Shown in pieces: positions 49,601 through 63,117 of a stretch of 64,000 nucleotides of DNA; the first letter of the stretch is position 1; each line of letters starts with the position of its first letter. The position numbers were made by a program, and so were the translations under genes. Below the pieces are notes generated by a model, which saw only the letters and a list, made by a program, of their open reading frames with translations, made no database searches and had not been told where the DNA came from. Origin of the DNA: Owenia fusiformis (Eukaryota); assembly GCA_903813345.2 (NCBI GenBank), contig CAIIXF020000001.1, positions 45,012,001 to 45,076,000 on the forward strand, given 5' to 3'.

Positions 49601-50377
49601 AAGTAACACAACAAGACACGGCTGTAATACACTTTCTAATTAACAATGACCCACATCCAGTATTTAATTAAAAAGTGCTACACTGAAGTCAGAACTGATG
49701 CCTTATTTTCTGGTTTATTTTAACAAATTGCAACTTTGAAGCAGATTTTCGTTGTTAACCTGTGCATTGGTGTCAATGCAATTCTTAACATAACTGTCAT
49801 AATCACGCTATATTAAGAGATGATTGATAGGCTACTTGATGAATAAATCATGTGTTAAGTTCATTAGCTTTCCTTAGAACAAGGTATGTTTGATATGAAA
49901 CGAAAGCACTTCATTTGAGACGCAATTCACACCAAGATTACCTTAGTATCCATGTTATGTCCAAGACGACTGGTAGAAATAGAAGTGGACTGCATGTAAA
50001 TCTGTCATTTGGAAAAATATCGTCAAAATAATATTTACGCTATGGTTAACGTTGTTTTTTTTAATTGCTAATCTTGTATTGAAATTCAAGAATTGGTAGT
50101 AATGAAGCGATTGCATATGTTTCAGCCAATGATTCGTAGTTTGTCGTAAAATGTACATACCATCTTGTATCTCAGTTCCCGACAGATATTTCTGTGTCTC
50201 TCTCAGTTTGCTCAACTGCTGCTTCACTTCCCTTTCCTCACGACTCCTCTGCTGCTTCAAGGCTCTCATCTGATTGTCCAGGTCGCTCTTCTCCCTTGTA
50301 CACGCCGACTTTTGTAGCACATTCTTCGCGAACACACTCCTATAACCCCTTGTCGTCTCCGCATCATGGTCAGTCAT
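46620..50377 (-). CDS. Uncharacterised protein with an N-terminal coiled coil and a Ser/Arg-rich disordered C-terminus (exons 50161-50377, 47875-48066, 46620-47518)
   Basis: Phase-1 GT-AG junctions join three ORFs in frame (…TEIQD|DGRLIED…HQAI|VRRKARS…); no recognisable domain. Confidence 0.7.
48877..49119. repeat. 30-bp intronic minisatellite, ~8 units
   Basis: Unit TGATTGGGCAATGGCTGATGAGACACACTC. Confidence 0.95.
49323..49421. repeat. ~100-bp hairpin / mini-MITE
   Basis: ACTATTATTCGAACTTATGATCGGACATA pairs with TATGTCCGATCTTAAGTTCGAATAATAGT. Confidence 0.8.
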
Positions 50378-52220
50378 TACCCAGACGTGAAGGCACTAGT
50401 TAACATATGACTATTCAGAATTCCGTATAATGGCTGGGTGTCGTTCCTAAATTGTACCTCAGAATACTTTTGTCTATCGTACCTGACAGTGACGTCGTTC
50501 TGAAATGTTTGTTATTGTAACACTAGTTCCCCCTTATTCTACGTAATCAGGATGGATATCACTGAATTCGTTTTCATTTGCGGTGATCCATGAACGCGCA
50601 TTTCTTATAATCGCTCCGTGGGGTGACTGTGCTACAACTCTGTGATTTATGTCCTTAACCAGGAACAAGTTAAGTGTTTTTCTTGAATAATTCTCGATTA
50701 GTAAGCATCATATTTGTATTCCTAGATCGCTTGACTCTGTTTCTCGAGATTCAATACGTTTGTTTACCAGGGTTCTCACATCAAGTTTTGATTTAAGTCT
50801 TTCCCACCTACGTCATGTAACTGATTAGAACAATTAAAGCCATCTCAATTGATAGCCCAGGCCATTGGAAGATCATGTTCGGATAACACCAAGAAATCTT
50901 GCGTAGTGTTTACGTTCATTCAAACGTAATCTAACGTCATTTTCCGAGGGACTCGAGACTGCACATTTTGTGTGAACCCCACCAATTTTACGACAACATT
51001 GTCAACCCAAAAATTGTTAAAACTTGAACAAATGAAAGGGAGATTTTTTAGGAAGAGCAGACGCTTCCATCAAAATTAAACGTAATGCCATCTATTTAAA
51101 TATCCTATGTTCATGCTGCATAAAGAACATGTTGAGGAAGATTTATGAGACAAGCTGTACAAAAGTTGAGTTAACATCAGTTTTTTAAAGAATGGGATTG
51201 GGGAACTTACAACCTGACAATTTTGGAAAAATCACTCAAAATTGTGAAAAAACTGCATGATTTTGAAATAATTTTGTTCATCATTGCGACGTCACTGTCA
51301 GCCTTATTGTGTATTGCTATTGCAATCTGATTAAAATTCAAACGGAAACAGGGCCATTTTGCAAATTTCATTTTACAAAAAATGTGAGGAAAACCATATT
51401 TCCATCTTTAAAATAGTTAAGTAAATAAAATCCAAGCTTAAATAATCAAGACTTAAAATGCAATGGGGGGGGGATATAGGGAGTCTAACTTATGCGTACT
51501 TGATATGTCGACTTTGTGGTTGAAATCAAAGACGTTATCAATCGTTCTTTATTATTCCTAATTAATGGTATCAATTAATGAAAGATAGTAAGTGGTTTTA
51601 CTCAATAAATCTGCTGATCACCATAGCATTTATGAATATAAATTATAATGTCAATGTGGTTAGCTTATGACGATTCTCAGGTAGGTTAAAGATTTTACTA
51701 AACTGCGACCACTTTTACTTTTAGTTAATTATTAGAGCGTGTATAGGTAGTAATTATACAACAAAAGGAGACACATTGAAGAAATCAAATATTGTTATTA
51801 GTACTGTGGTTTATTGTGTTGTCTTTTCACGTGTAATGATCTTGTTAAACAAGGGCACGTGCAATGTCGTCAAGGGGTGATGCAGTGAGAATCCACAGAT
51901 GCACTGGCATCTCAACGTCATCATATAATCACGAGTCATTATTAACAGTTTTTTTAATTACATTTTGTCCTCCTTTTATAAGTATGAATATAGATTATTA
52001 AAATCAGAGTTAGCCCACTCTAGAGGTATATAAAACACCCCGTTCTAGAAAACGGAGACTATAACCCATAACCTTGCCCATAACAGTATAGGAAAGTAGC
52101 ACAAAATTACTTCTGGACAGAAAAAACAGAAGATGGAAGACGACTAGTATAAAAGGGACATTTTTAAAACATCAATATTAACCAATAACCTATCGAAACA
52201 TTTTCCCATGTTTCACAAAA

Positions 52221-52870
52221 GTTATGCACCAGGAGGGATTTGATATGGGGAATATCACAAGGATGCTATCAATTTTTACCGAGCGAACGCAGTGACTGAG
52301 AAAAATATTGATATCATACTAGGGATATTCCTCATAAACTCCCGACAGGTGAATAACGACCTTATACCATTGCATGGTCGAGAGCAATATCTACCTAAAA
52401 TCCTCTGTTGAATGAGAGAAAAATTACATTTAAATTTTTGAAAAATGAATTTTTTTTAATGTATACCGGGTTGATATCCATCATGATATCGTAATGATAT
52501 ACTCCGGGCGGAGGATATCGTGACGATATACTCCGGAAACCCCAATATGCGGAGGATATTGTGACGATATACTCCGCTTGTTGATTTCCCGCCAAATTGA
52601 CTCTATTTGGCATGAAATTCATTTTGGAATGATATAATACATTTAGTATACTCCTTGTAAGTGTTGGATAATTAGAACACATCCTTTGATTTTTCAGAAT
52701 ATCATTTTAGTCTACTCAGTGATATTGATTTATGCACTCGTTCGCTTTGCTCTCTCGTGCAGATAACAATATCACCTCGTAGATAAAAATGATATTCCTC
52801 AAAATCATAGGATATCCTATAATTATCACTTGCTATCATATACCTGATATTGCTCTGACCATGGTATAAA
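52221..52870 (+). mobile_element. Hairpin-headed element with asymmetric subterminal IRs
   Basis: Palindrome at 52221-52357; sub-TIR 52362-52390 inverted at 52846-52869; GATATACTCCG short repeats inside. Confidence 0.6.
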
Positions 52871-52879
52871 TAGAGGTTA

Positions 52880-53370
52880 CTTAATGGGAGGTATGGAATA
52901 TGAATTTTATTTCGAGGGAAAATATGATATTGACCAAGGAAAATATCATATTGACCGAGGGCGACAGTCCGAATGTCAATTTGATATTTTCGGAGGCCAA
53001 TATCATGCTTTCTCGAGGAAAAATTCATATTCCATCACGACCATCAATAACCTATTTATTCAATAATATTTTCTGAAACTTAAATAGTGTATGTCGTCAC
53101 CAAATGATAATTTAATGACATTTTCAACTTTTACAAACAAGTTTTAAGATAGAAATAATTTATAATACTAATATGGATCATAATATGCCATAATAACAAA
53201 ATATAAGCCTCGCATGCTAGTTCTGATACGGGATTTTGGCTGATACGGGATCCAATACGGGATCTGATACAGGACTTTGGCTGATACGCGATCTGATACG
53301 GTTTTTTATTAATATCAGTTTTATTTCCAGTTTATTTCGAAGGGAAAACATGTTATTATGGAATAAATAG
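52880..53370 (+). mobile_element. Hairpin-headed element with asymmetric subterminal IRs
   Basis: Palindrome at ~52880-53050; CTATTTATTCAATAATA (53052) inverted at 53351-53370; CTGATACGGGAT short repeats at 53222-53300. Confidence 0.6.
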
Positions 53371-54764
53371 TTAAATTCCATATTAAGAGAGATATAGTCT
53401 GGCAGGGAACATTCCTTTAAGGTACGTTGACCATATTATATAAATTGCCGTGGTCAGTGATGATTTCCTGTGAGTTTTGCCACCTACTGATTTTTATTAT
53501 CTGACATTATATTGTTGTTAGCGAAAAACTTAATTGCTTTGTTAATTAGTAATATGTTTTACCCAATTCTTACTGATGCATACGTTAAGGATTTACCATT
53601 TCCCCAAACATATTAAAATCGGAAATATTTTCTTTAAATGTCTACTTAAAAGTCAATGTGTGCATCCACGACCTAATTGATTTTAACTCCATTTTCCTTA
53701 GACCTAGCAAGTTACTGAATTAGATCTTGGACAATTGTCTGCCATAGATCACTTCTAGCAGTGGGTTACCTAACAACCATGTCTTTAGTGCTCTACATGA
53801 TATAAAATGGAATTTTATCTTCTATTTTAACAACTTGGTTGATTATAGTTCTTCTTTTAAGATTAATGATAGGGTATCTATCATTGGCGAATCTTCTATA
53901 AATCACCCGGCCCAATTACCAATAGAATTACTAGATTGAATTTTAAATAATTCAACGTAATGATGATTAACAAGATCTTTAAAACAACAAAATAGCACAG
54001 ATTCATAAATAGTAATGACCATTAACATTTCTATGAATTAAACTTTTAAATGGCTGTACTTAATTTGATTAATGAAGGTAAACGAGTTCGGTACTTAATA
54101 CTCATAAACAAGTTTAGCAATTGTATTCCTCTGATGGATGAGCTAACGCAAAGCTCGTTTTGCTATTGTAAATTTTCTGGGAATACGCAATAAGTGTAAT
54201 GATTATTTTGTTTTAAATTGAGTAGATTGTTAGGTGGTTCCCGGGCAGTAAGAGCAGGTGCTGCTAGAATCACATCATTACCGGCGGCAGGAACTCTCTG
54301 TCGAAACCACCAATAGAAATACCTCCCTTAATTAATAACACAAACATCTACAGAAGAAGTAGTTTCAATTTATCCTAATTATCTTAGTTATATATTCATT
54401 ATTCGCAATACATTTGGCTGGTGACAATGCCTGGCTGCGTTAATGAGTGGATGATGCTATTGGACGTCTGTTTTTTAATTGTCCGCACACTTGATGGTTC
54501 TCAGGAATCTCCTTGCAGCTTCTGCGATTAGTCTGTCTATTGATTCTGATGAGACAACCGGAGGATCTCTTCTTGGAGAAAACATTCCGAACACTTTATA
54601 TAAATTAGTTAAGTAGGAATTGTGATTTAATACTTCAGAACAGTTAACTGGTTTACACAATAGTATAAGACAATAGTAAACACCAGTCGAAGGGATTAGA
54701 TAAACTCGAAAGTGCGAAGTTATCGAATTCGGATCTAACATCTTTTTGATTCAAGAAAATAGCT

Positions 54765-56425
54765 ATGGAGGATAATAATGAAAATAATAATGAAAAGGCT
54801 GACATCGTTAGAAGTATATACGTTCATGAAGATGGGGCAAAGGACATCAGCACAACCAAAGAGTTGCGCAAAAGTCCGATTTCCTCATCAGAAACTTTAG
54901 AAAGCAAATCGCAAACCAAACATGACAGTATAAGACACGAAATGAAACCAAAAGAAACCACAGAGCAAGCCAGAACACCCTCCCCAACTCATAGACGTCA
55001 AGACATTCCGACGTCGGCATACCCAGAAGCAAGACTATCTGCGTTCACAACAATAAAACCGATGAGGTCACCTATGAAGGCTGAAATGGACTTATCGAGC
55101 GTGCATCGTCAGCTTGCATTGGACCCGTTAAGGACACAACACCCCGCGTTATACCCTTATGCCACACAGTCAATTTTCGCAAACTTTCCAGATATTCCAC
55201 TTCCTCCAGGCTTGGCTAGTTTCTGTAAGTTAATATAACTTTTCATAATGATATGATTGAAACTTCAACATTTTGTGAATAATGCTGACACACACCACAC
55301 GTTTAAAATTTAAACAAAATCAAAACATACTTGCACCATCAATTGACTTGATACAAGCTGTCCATTCTGTTACATAATGTAAGAAGTTACCAAAGAAAAA
55401 ATGAAGTTAAATAAAGTTAAAAATGAGGTTAATTTGGATGAGCAATTCTTTTAAGTATTTAATATCCACCGAGACAAAACAGAACTAAACTAAATGCAAT
55501 TCAACAACTTGAGTTTGGCTGTTTGAAAATAAAATGTTTACTGACATGTTTTAGTCCCAAGACGACGTCGTAAGGAGAATCAGCAGAGGAGACAACGAAC
55601 TACATTTACGAGCGAACAGACTTTGAAACTGGAGCTAGAATATCACCGAACAGAGTATATCACTCGACCAAGGTACTGCGATATTTCAATTCAATTTTAA
55701 TTTGATGTTAATGCAATTATAAATTGTTCGATATGCATATTAAGAGATCTGAATTATATCTTAAATTTTACTTACTATTTTTTATTCTAGGAGATTTGAA
55801 CTTGCAGAAATGTTAAATTTGACAGAGACTCAAATCAAAATATGGTTTCAAAATAGAAGAGCTAAGGACAAACGCATTGAAAAAGCACAGATGGATCAAC
55901 ATATCAGGTAAGACAGATCTAAGTTTTGAAATCATATAATATTTTATCATATGAAATTGAAATACTAAAATGTAATGTAAAATGTAGTTTCGATATTTAA
56001 TAACCCATGTAGTTCACCATTCAGAAAAAATCTAAATTACAATCTTTAGGCCTGCTTTAAAAAAACGTTTGTCTTTGAAATCAGAATATCTATTTAAGAT
56101 CTATTAAACATAACTCATCTTGTCAATTTTATGAAGTACAGCTTATTAGTTTTGATTTGATTTTAGCCAACCATTTTTATATTTCATAGATTGATTCTCA
56201 GTAGATCGTTTGTGTGTTAATGTTATGTAATGGCATTTCAGATCGCTGGGGTTACCTTCAAATGCAGCACCGAACCCATTTTCTCTACCACCAAATTATA
56301 CCAGTGGACTTTATAGCTCATATTTCAAGCAGCACTCTGGCTCCCCACCGCCTAATATTCCAGTTTCAACAGTATCAACGTCAGCCCCAGTTGCAAATGT
56401 TTCACATCCTTTTGGGTTGGCGTAA
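54765..56425 (+). CDS. ro: Homeobox protein Rough (exons 54765-55224, 55555-55672, 55791-55907, 56242-56425)
   Basis: The spliced homeodomain [66 protein letters not shown] carries the Rough-diagnostic QTL..E and AKDKRIEKA residues. Confidence 0.92.
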
Positions 56426-56635
56426 CCGTATTCAATGACCTTGACAGATAATGCCCAAGTAGACCTATGCTTTGACACACAATGCTCGACATCTCTCTCT
56501 GTGATTGGACTTGAATCCAGGTTTTGAAAAAGAGAATCAACTTTCTTGCTAGGAAATCAAGTGAATTACGAGGATGATGATGCAGATGAAGTAAAACTGT
56601 AGTGGTCATCAAATAAGTGTATGCTGTATAAACAA

Positions 56636-56852
56636 TAGGGAGGTTAAGATACACGTTTAAAAAACGTGTACGTGTAGAATTATTCTCCTGTGTATTTTTT
56701 ACTTGGCCGATTGAGTATAAAGGTATTCGGAAAATAATTGTAATTCGGTTCCTGGGAAAAATGAATTGAGCTGAGAGCGGGACAGTAATCCCCGGGGGTC
56801 GAAATATTACACGCCCACGTAGCTTTTTTCAACGTGTAACTTAACCTCCCTA
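56636..56852. mobile_element. MITE downstream of the ro stop codon (probable 3' UTR)
   Basis: TAGGGAGGTTAAGATACACGTT ... AACGTGTAACTTAACCTCCCTA. Confidence 0.7.
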
Positions 56853-57869
56853 ATATCTAGTCAATGAAACGCGCATGATATTTGTTCGGATGTTTGTATG
56901 CTTGTTCGTAAACTATGATTCGAATTTGTAAATCAAATGCGTGTTTTGATGCCTCGATTTACTAGATTGGGTTTATCATATCTCAAATAATTATTGTATA
57001 CCATACGTCTTGCCATATATGTTTCTTAATTAGGAAGCTCGATCAAAGACAATCTGTCCAATTAGGTGAAATAATTGGGGGTCTACATTACAATTGATAT
57101 CATAATTTGTAAGTTCCAAGCGAGGGTGTCGTGACTGGATACAAAATAATGGATATATTCTATTACCCATCAGTGCAATATCATTACTATAATATTTATT
57201 GTAAATAAACAGTTAATGAACAGAAAAATTCAGAGTTGAATGAATTGTGTATATACATATAGATTTTCTTGTAAATATATATAATCTGAAATAAAACACA
57301 ATAAATACTGAATATATATACAAGACACATTCTTGTGCAATTTTTGCGTGATAGTAATAAATCAGTTGAATATCTATAGAATTGTAATGACAATTTGCAT
57401 AAAATCTATCTCTACCTAACACACAGCGTTCATAGACAAATATGTTTGACAGGACCTGATAGAACTGATAACAAATAGATTATTGAATGGTGCCTATTAG
57501 TGGCTAGAGATGCGATATCGGCAAATAAATCACGAGATTAATGAGAAAACATCACCTGCTGTAATAGGGGGAAATTATACCTTCCTTGTCCCACAATTGT
57601 CCAATTAATAATTGAACAGCCCTCCAATTATACTTCAATAGACAATTTAGACATACACCATGATTATACATTGAGTGTCTTTAAATGGCACCTGTAAACA
57701 TTGGACAATATTTCTGATCCATTGGGCATGAATATCACATGCAGTAATATCACCGGGAATATCACATGCATAAAGCTGTCCACCGTGATCTAATTAAACT
57801 CTTAGACGCACTAAGTATTTGAATTTATACGCATGTTCGAATGTACTTATCAATATTTAAAATACACAT

Positions 57870-59592
57870 TTACAAAATTGTGTACAAACAGAAGAGGACT
57901 GTAACTACGAAAGAGGAAATTCCATTTTTACAGCTACCAGATTTTCTGCTATTTTGTGGTCCATTACTTCTACCATTTAATTCATTTTTCTTGCTGTATT
58001 TGTCACCACTGTGAATTTGACTTTTACTAGATAGCTCTCCATTACTCTTTTTCTTTTTGTCCATATATCTTTTGTCATAGATTCTCGGGGCGGACCCTAT
58101 ATCTGGAAGGTATTTTGATTTCTTTCCACCTGATCCCTTGCCCCAGTCTCCGGTTATACCAGTATCTCCATTACAACCATCTTCTGTGCAAGTGGTGTAG
58201 CATGTATAGAAATAGTGGTCACGTGTGCATTTGTTACCACGGTCAACATTATCACATCCTCTTGAAAATGATCGTAGTTTCCCAGTTGCTAGAGAAAAAA
58301 TATTGAAGAAATATAATTAAAATTGATTTAGAATTATATTTTGGAAACTATGAAGATTTGTGTTGCACACTGAAGTAGGCTGAAGTTGAACTAACTAAAG
58401 GCTGCTCATTGGTCCAGATAGACTCACCAATGTTGTTTTAAAATTGTATAGCCATTAGTAAACAGAACAAAATCAGCATTTATTTTTAAGAGATGAAATT
58501 TCCAACTCTAATTGTAGAATTATTTTGAAAAAGTTTAATTGCTACTGCTCTTACACGACACACTGTAATCTTATGTATATATTTTGGAGTTAATTAAAAA
58601 CTTTCATTGTGGATATATATACGAAGAACATTTCTTCAAGTCTGGTTGAATAACTTACATATGAACATTTGTCTTTTGATTATACAATAAGCTTTGTCGG
58701 GAAAACTGCAAGTAACTATGGGTTGTCCTTGTTTCACGTTCTCAGGGTCAGCAACGCATTCATATGTTGCCGTTGGATCATTTGTCTGTACATATGTACA
58801 GGCAAAGCACTTCTTGGAATCAAATGTCAGGCCATACAGCTCTGAATAGAAATACAAAGTCGGTATTACATCATTTCAAAACATATACTAAGTAACCATT
58901 TGACGGTTTGTCTTGTCCTAAGGGGAGGCATCAAAAGTTCGATGTCGGATCGGAAACTAAATAAATCTAGTTTTGGCTCTGACCCCCCCTCCCCCCAAAA
59001 CTAAATACCATGAAAGTTGATCGCTGACTTCCGGTTTGAGAATTTGAAAAATTATTGCTAAACAAGATCTAGTTTTTGTTAATTGCTATCGTAATTTGTG
59101 GCTTTTAACAACTATCGATAGAATATTTAGAATCCATTGGAATGATCTTGACGTAGAAAGCATCAGGTAAAATCTTTATTTTTAAATCATTCCAAGGCAT
59201 TCTGAGTCGAAATTGGCAAAAATTTCGATAGTTGAAATTTGTCGGATAGCAAACTGAAATGGATTTGATACCCCTCCCCCCAACTAGATTTATTTAGTTT
59301 TCTACATCGACATCGAACTTTTGATGCCAAGTACTCACTATCCGACATAAAGTATAACATTAATCGATTTTAAAACTATAAGATTGTATTTGTTCGCTAC
59401 AAGGCATATATGATTGTACATGCCGAAATCAATCAATAAATAAATATGTGATTAAGTAAATAATTATATAGAAACATAAATATCATGTAATATGTTTCTC
59501 CTTCGTATGTTACCATAAAGTAATGTATGTAGTTTACCTGAACTCCATGATAGAATCATCCATGTTAAATTGAGTAGTGACAATGTCTTCAT
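57870..59592 (-). CDS. Ly6/three-finger (quiver-like) GPI-anchored protein 1
   Basis: Three exons: signal peptide MKTLSLLNLTWMILSWSS; KCFACT...EC...TC...YC; RGCDNVDRGNKC...TCYTTCTEDGCN, followed by a linker and hydrophobic C-terminus. Confidence 0.8.
58927..59328. mobile_element. MITE in intron 1 of Ly6-like gene 1
   Basis: GGCATCAAAAGTTCGATGTCG...AACTAAATAAATCTAGTT is inverted at 59282-59328. Confidence 0.75.
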
Positions 59593-60237
59593 CTTATTGA
59601 AGTATCAATTATGAAGCATTCATTTTTAAAGTCACACCTCGATATCCATTTTATGACAATAATTCCTTGTCATGATTTTATCAATTATCTCCATACAAGT
59701 AATTCTTATGTTCCGTAACAGTCTGTTTAGACATTAAGAATGCACCATGTGTAATTTATTAATAGTGTGTTAAAATTTATCCAATTATGTTTTAATAATT
59801 AGTGATTGTCAACACATGGTCAACATATATGTAACACGAAACATATGTGAAGTATCTATAGACAATAACTGATGATGAAATAATTTTGCAACGGTTTATT
59901 TTAAGTTAATACACCAGAACATCAAAAACATTAAATAGGTGATATAAATATGATTTAAATGCATAGAAATGTTTATCATAAGTTATGATACTCGGGAAAC
60001 GCATATATATATCATGGCGAGTCTCTATACGAAAAATAGGACTCGAGGCGCCAGTTGGCGCACTTGTGTTTTTGAAGTTGAATCATTTTGCTCTAAATAT
60101 GGTATATATACTGTTTCACTGTAACTTTTGCAGGAATGTAATCAATATAATATGTACGTTATATAAAATGCGCGTGTTATCTTGAGTTACATGTATCATT
60201 GTCATCAAGTATGTACAGATCAGTCTCAGAGGCTCAC

Positions 60238-61530
60238 TCATTGTATCACAAAGATCAGGGATAGTCCAATCATAGCCAGAAGATATATATGACAGTTTAG
60301 AGACAATGCGTTGTTTTTCTGTCCATCAAAATCGCCGAGCTCTTCTGTATCATTTGGCTCAGTTGTATTCATGAACACTTCGGGAGTGGATTCTGTCGTC
60401 ATCTTTGAGCTAACATCATTCTCCATAGCATAATCCCTACCATCAGCGCCCTTTCTACGTGCATTGGCACCCTCCTTCCTTCCACTATCAACACTCTCCC
60501 TGTAGTTTCCTCTGTAGTCAATCACATCATTCTGTTTTGTACTTTTGGGTGGTCCGTATGTAGTCAGCAATTCCATTGATGGTCGTCTAGGGGCGTCTGA
60601 GTTGCATCCATCGCTGGTACATGTTGTCCAACAAGTGATGCCAAGACCGTCCCAATCCCGATCACATGTGTTGCCTCTATCTATGGTATCGCATGATCTC
60701 GCGATAGAGCTAATTTCGTAGTCGTTGATGGTTAGAGGACGAGTAGTTGCTGAAATATATAAGGTGGATTTAAGGTTTGGTCGGTAAACCGGCGCTCTTT
60801 GATAATGTGAAAGAGTGCGTGTAGGTATACTATTCAGAAGAAAACATTGATGACAATAACAACACATATTACAAATGATTTTAATTGTTATTGAATTTTT
60901 CTTCAACAATTATATTAACATTGACCTGTGTGATATGACTTATTGTATATAACTTTACTGGAATTTGTAAAACTCAATTTAGTCATTTTCAAATGAGGTC
61001 AATAATCTGATTGAACGAATAACTATCTCAAGGCGAGTAAGGACTGTCGTAGGAATTTTACTCAACTAACCAATGGGTCGTCCTTTCATTGTATCCAGTC
61101 TTCCATATCTTCCCATATTTCTTCCAAAATCTAACAAATTCTCCCGTGGGACGTATCTTACGTGGGTTGTACAGAAACTCTTCGAACATCCAACTTTTCC
61201 ACCGTAGCCATTGGCAACACCGGTTGGGTTGTTTTCACATTCCCTGTCGGGTCTCTGTCCGGAGCACACATAACATGTTCTTTGTGCTTCTATGCCTGTA
61301 CAACCAGGCAAGGAAATACTTGTGAATATATATTTTCGTTTGGAATGATATAGTAAAAATTTAAGTTTAGATTGTACATGCAAGGGTATCAGTGTTTAAA
61401 ATAAAACGAACTGTAAAACAATTAAGATTACTGAATAAAACGTAAGATAAAGGATGAAGCAAAATGATGTTTACTTACCAGCATAAAGAAAAATCCCGGA
61501 AAGGATCAAGGTTATGACAAAAATATCCAT
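60238..61530 (-). CDS. Ly6/three-finger (quiver-like) GPI-anchored protein 2
   Basis: Signal exon MDIFVITLILSGIFLYA; TCYVCS...EC...GC...FC; RSCDTIDRGNTC...TCWTTCTSDGCN; hydrophobic C-terminus. Confidence 0.82.
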
Positions 61531-61799
61531 TTTTGAAATATCCAAGCATTCAATATATCACAACAATGAAATAAACGCTTAATTAAAATGCTATATAACT
61601 CTATCATGTTTTAATTTATATATGGGCGTGCCCATTTCTGGTAAGATAATTACTTGTGCACGAGCTGTTCTGAGTGACAGCTTGTGATATTGTCACGGCA
61701 GGTACTGGACACTAGAATTTGTATGCCCTCTGTATACCAAAGGACTAACGACTGGATCTTACATTTTGAAATTTTAATTGTATAAGCACTATATACAAG

Positions 61800-63117
61800 T
61801 TATGCAATCATAAGCTTAACTACAATAGCAATGTACAAAATAATATATGCAAATGTCTCGATGTTTCCGCCTTTTGAGTCAAGAGATATTGCAGCATTAC
61901 GCGTAATCGAGGTCCCATTTTCCTTTTCAACATCTACAAATGCATCACTAGTTGGTCCATAGTTATTATCAACCATGATATCATTGTCCCAGAGTTTATC
62001 ATTATGTTGATTTTTAGAATTGCCTTTAGAATCAGGTACCCATACGTTATCTGCAACACGTTCACCAGAAGGGGATTTCTTGTAGTATGGAGTAGTTTGG
62101 ACTGGATCTGTTTTCTTTGGCATATTCATATATTTAGGATTGACATCATTACAGAAACTTGTGGCACATGTAACGTAACAAGTTATATAGCGTTTGTCGT
62201 AATAACACCAGTTCCCTCTATCCTCATTCTCACAGAGTCTTGCTATTGAGTGAGTTGCTCTATTATCTGTAATGATATATAGGATATAATTAAATATGAA
62301 GCTAAGATATCTATCATTTCTAACAGGATTATGATTGAACTAATTTCCACTTCTCATTCTTGTATCGTATATTGTATAACATATATTCTTTACTTAGTGA
62401 CGTCGGTTTTTGTAAGTCTAGACTAAATTACATAAAGCTGCAAAACACAACCTCCTTCACTTTCCAAGAGAGAGAGAAAGAGGTTAAGGAATCCTAGGTT
62501 GAAATGATGACGTTTCATATGAAGTAAGCATACATACCTCTGTGAGTCACTTTGATTGCTGTGCAGAAGTTATTCGTACAGTTGATGGCTTTTGGACCAA
62601 CTGTAACTGATTGTGGACTCTCTTCACACATCTTGTCTTCTCCTACCCCAGTGCATACATAGCACCAGTGCCAACCCCAGCCTTAAAATTATCAAGGTAA
62701 TCATAAATCAAGGAATTCACCTTTATATGAATACGAATAATACACGTACAAAAATATAACAATATACATAATGTATGATTTAGCATACAGAACGACAATG
62801 GCAAACTGAAGTTATAATCATATTTTAGCGAAAGTTATAGTATACAAATATTCTACGCATGCAACAAATATCAGAAATGATAATAAAGTGTCATCTAACT
62901 TAATATTACGCTGCTCATTTAATCTGGCGCTCATGCCTCCTTTATGTTGACTTTATTTCGAACCAGGTGCTTGTGCACCGTGAATGGGAATCAGTTCTAT
63001 GAAATGAATGCCTATATGATGCTATACTACACACATTATCAACCATAATGATTTATATTTACCTAATTGCAACTCTGCTAAAATAATAACTAAACCAACG
63101 ACACACATTTGTCTCAT
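61800..63117 (-). CDS. Ly6/three-finger (quiver-like) GPI-anchored protein 3
   Basis: Signal exon MRQMCVVGLVIILAELQL; exon ~62538-62682 WCYVCT...MC...NC...FC; exon to 61800 RLCENEDRGNWC...TCYVTCATSFCN; hydrophobic C-terminus. Confidence 0.82.
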
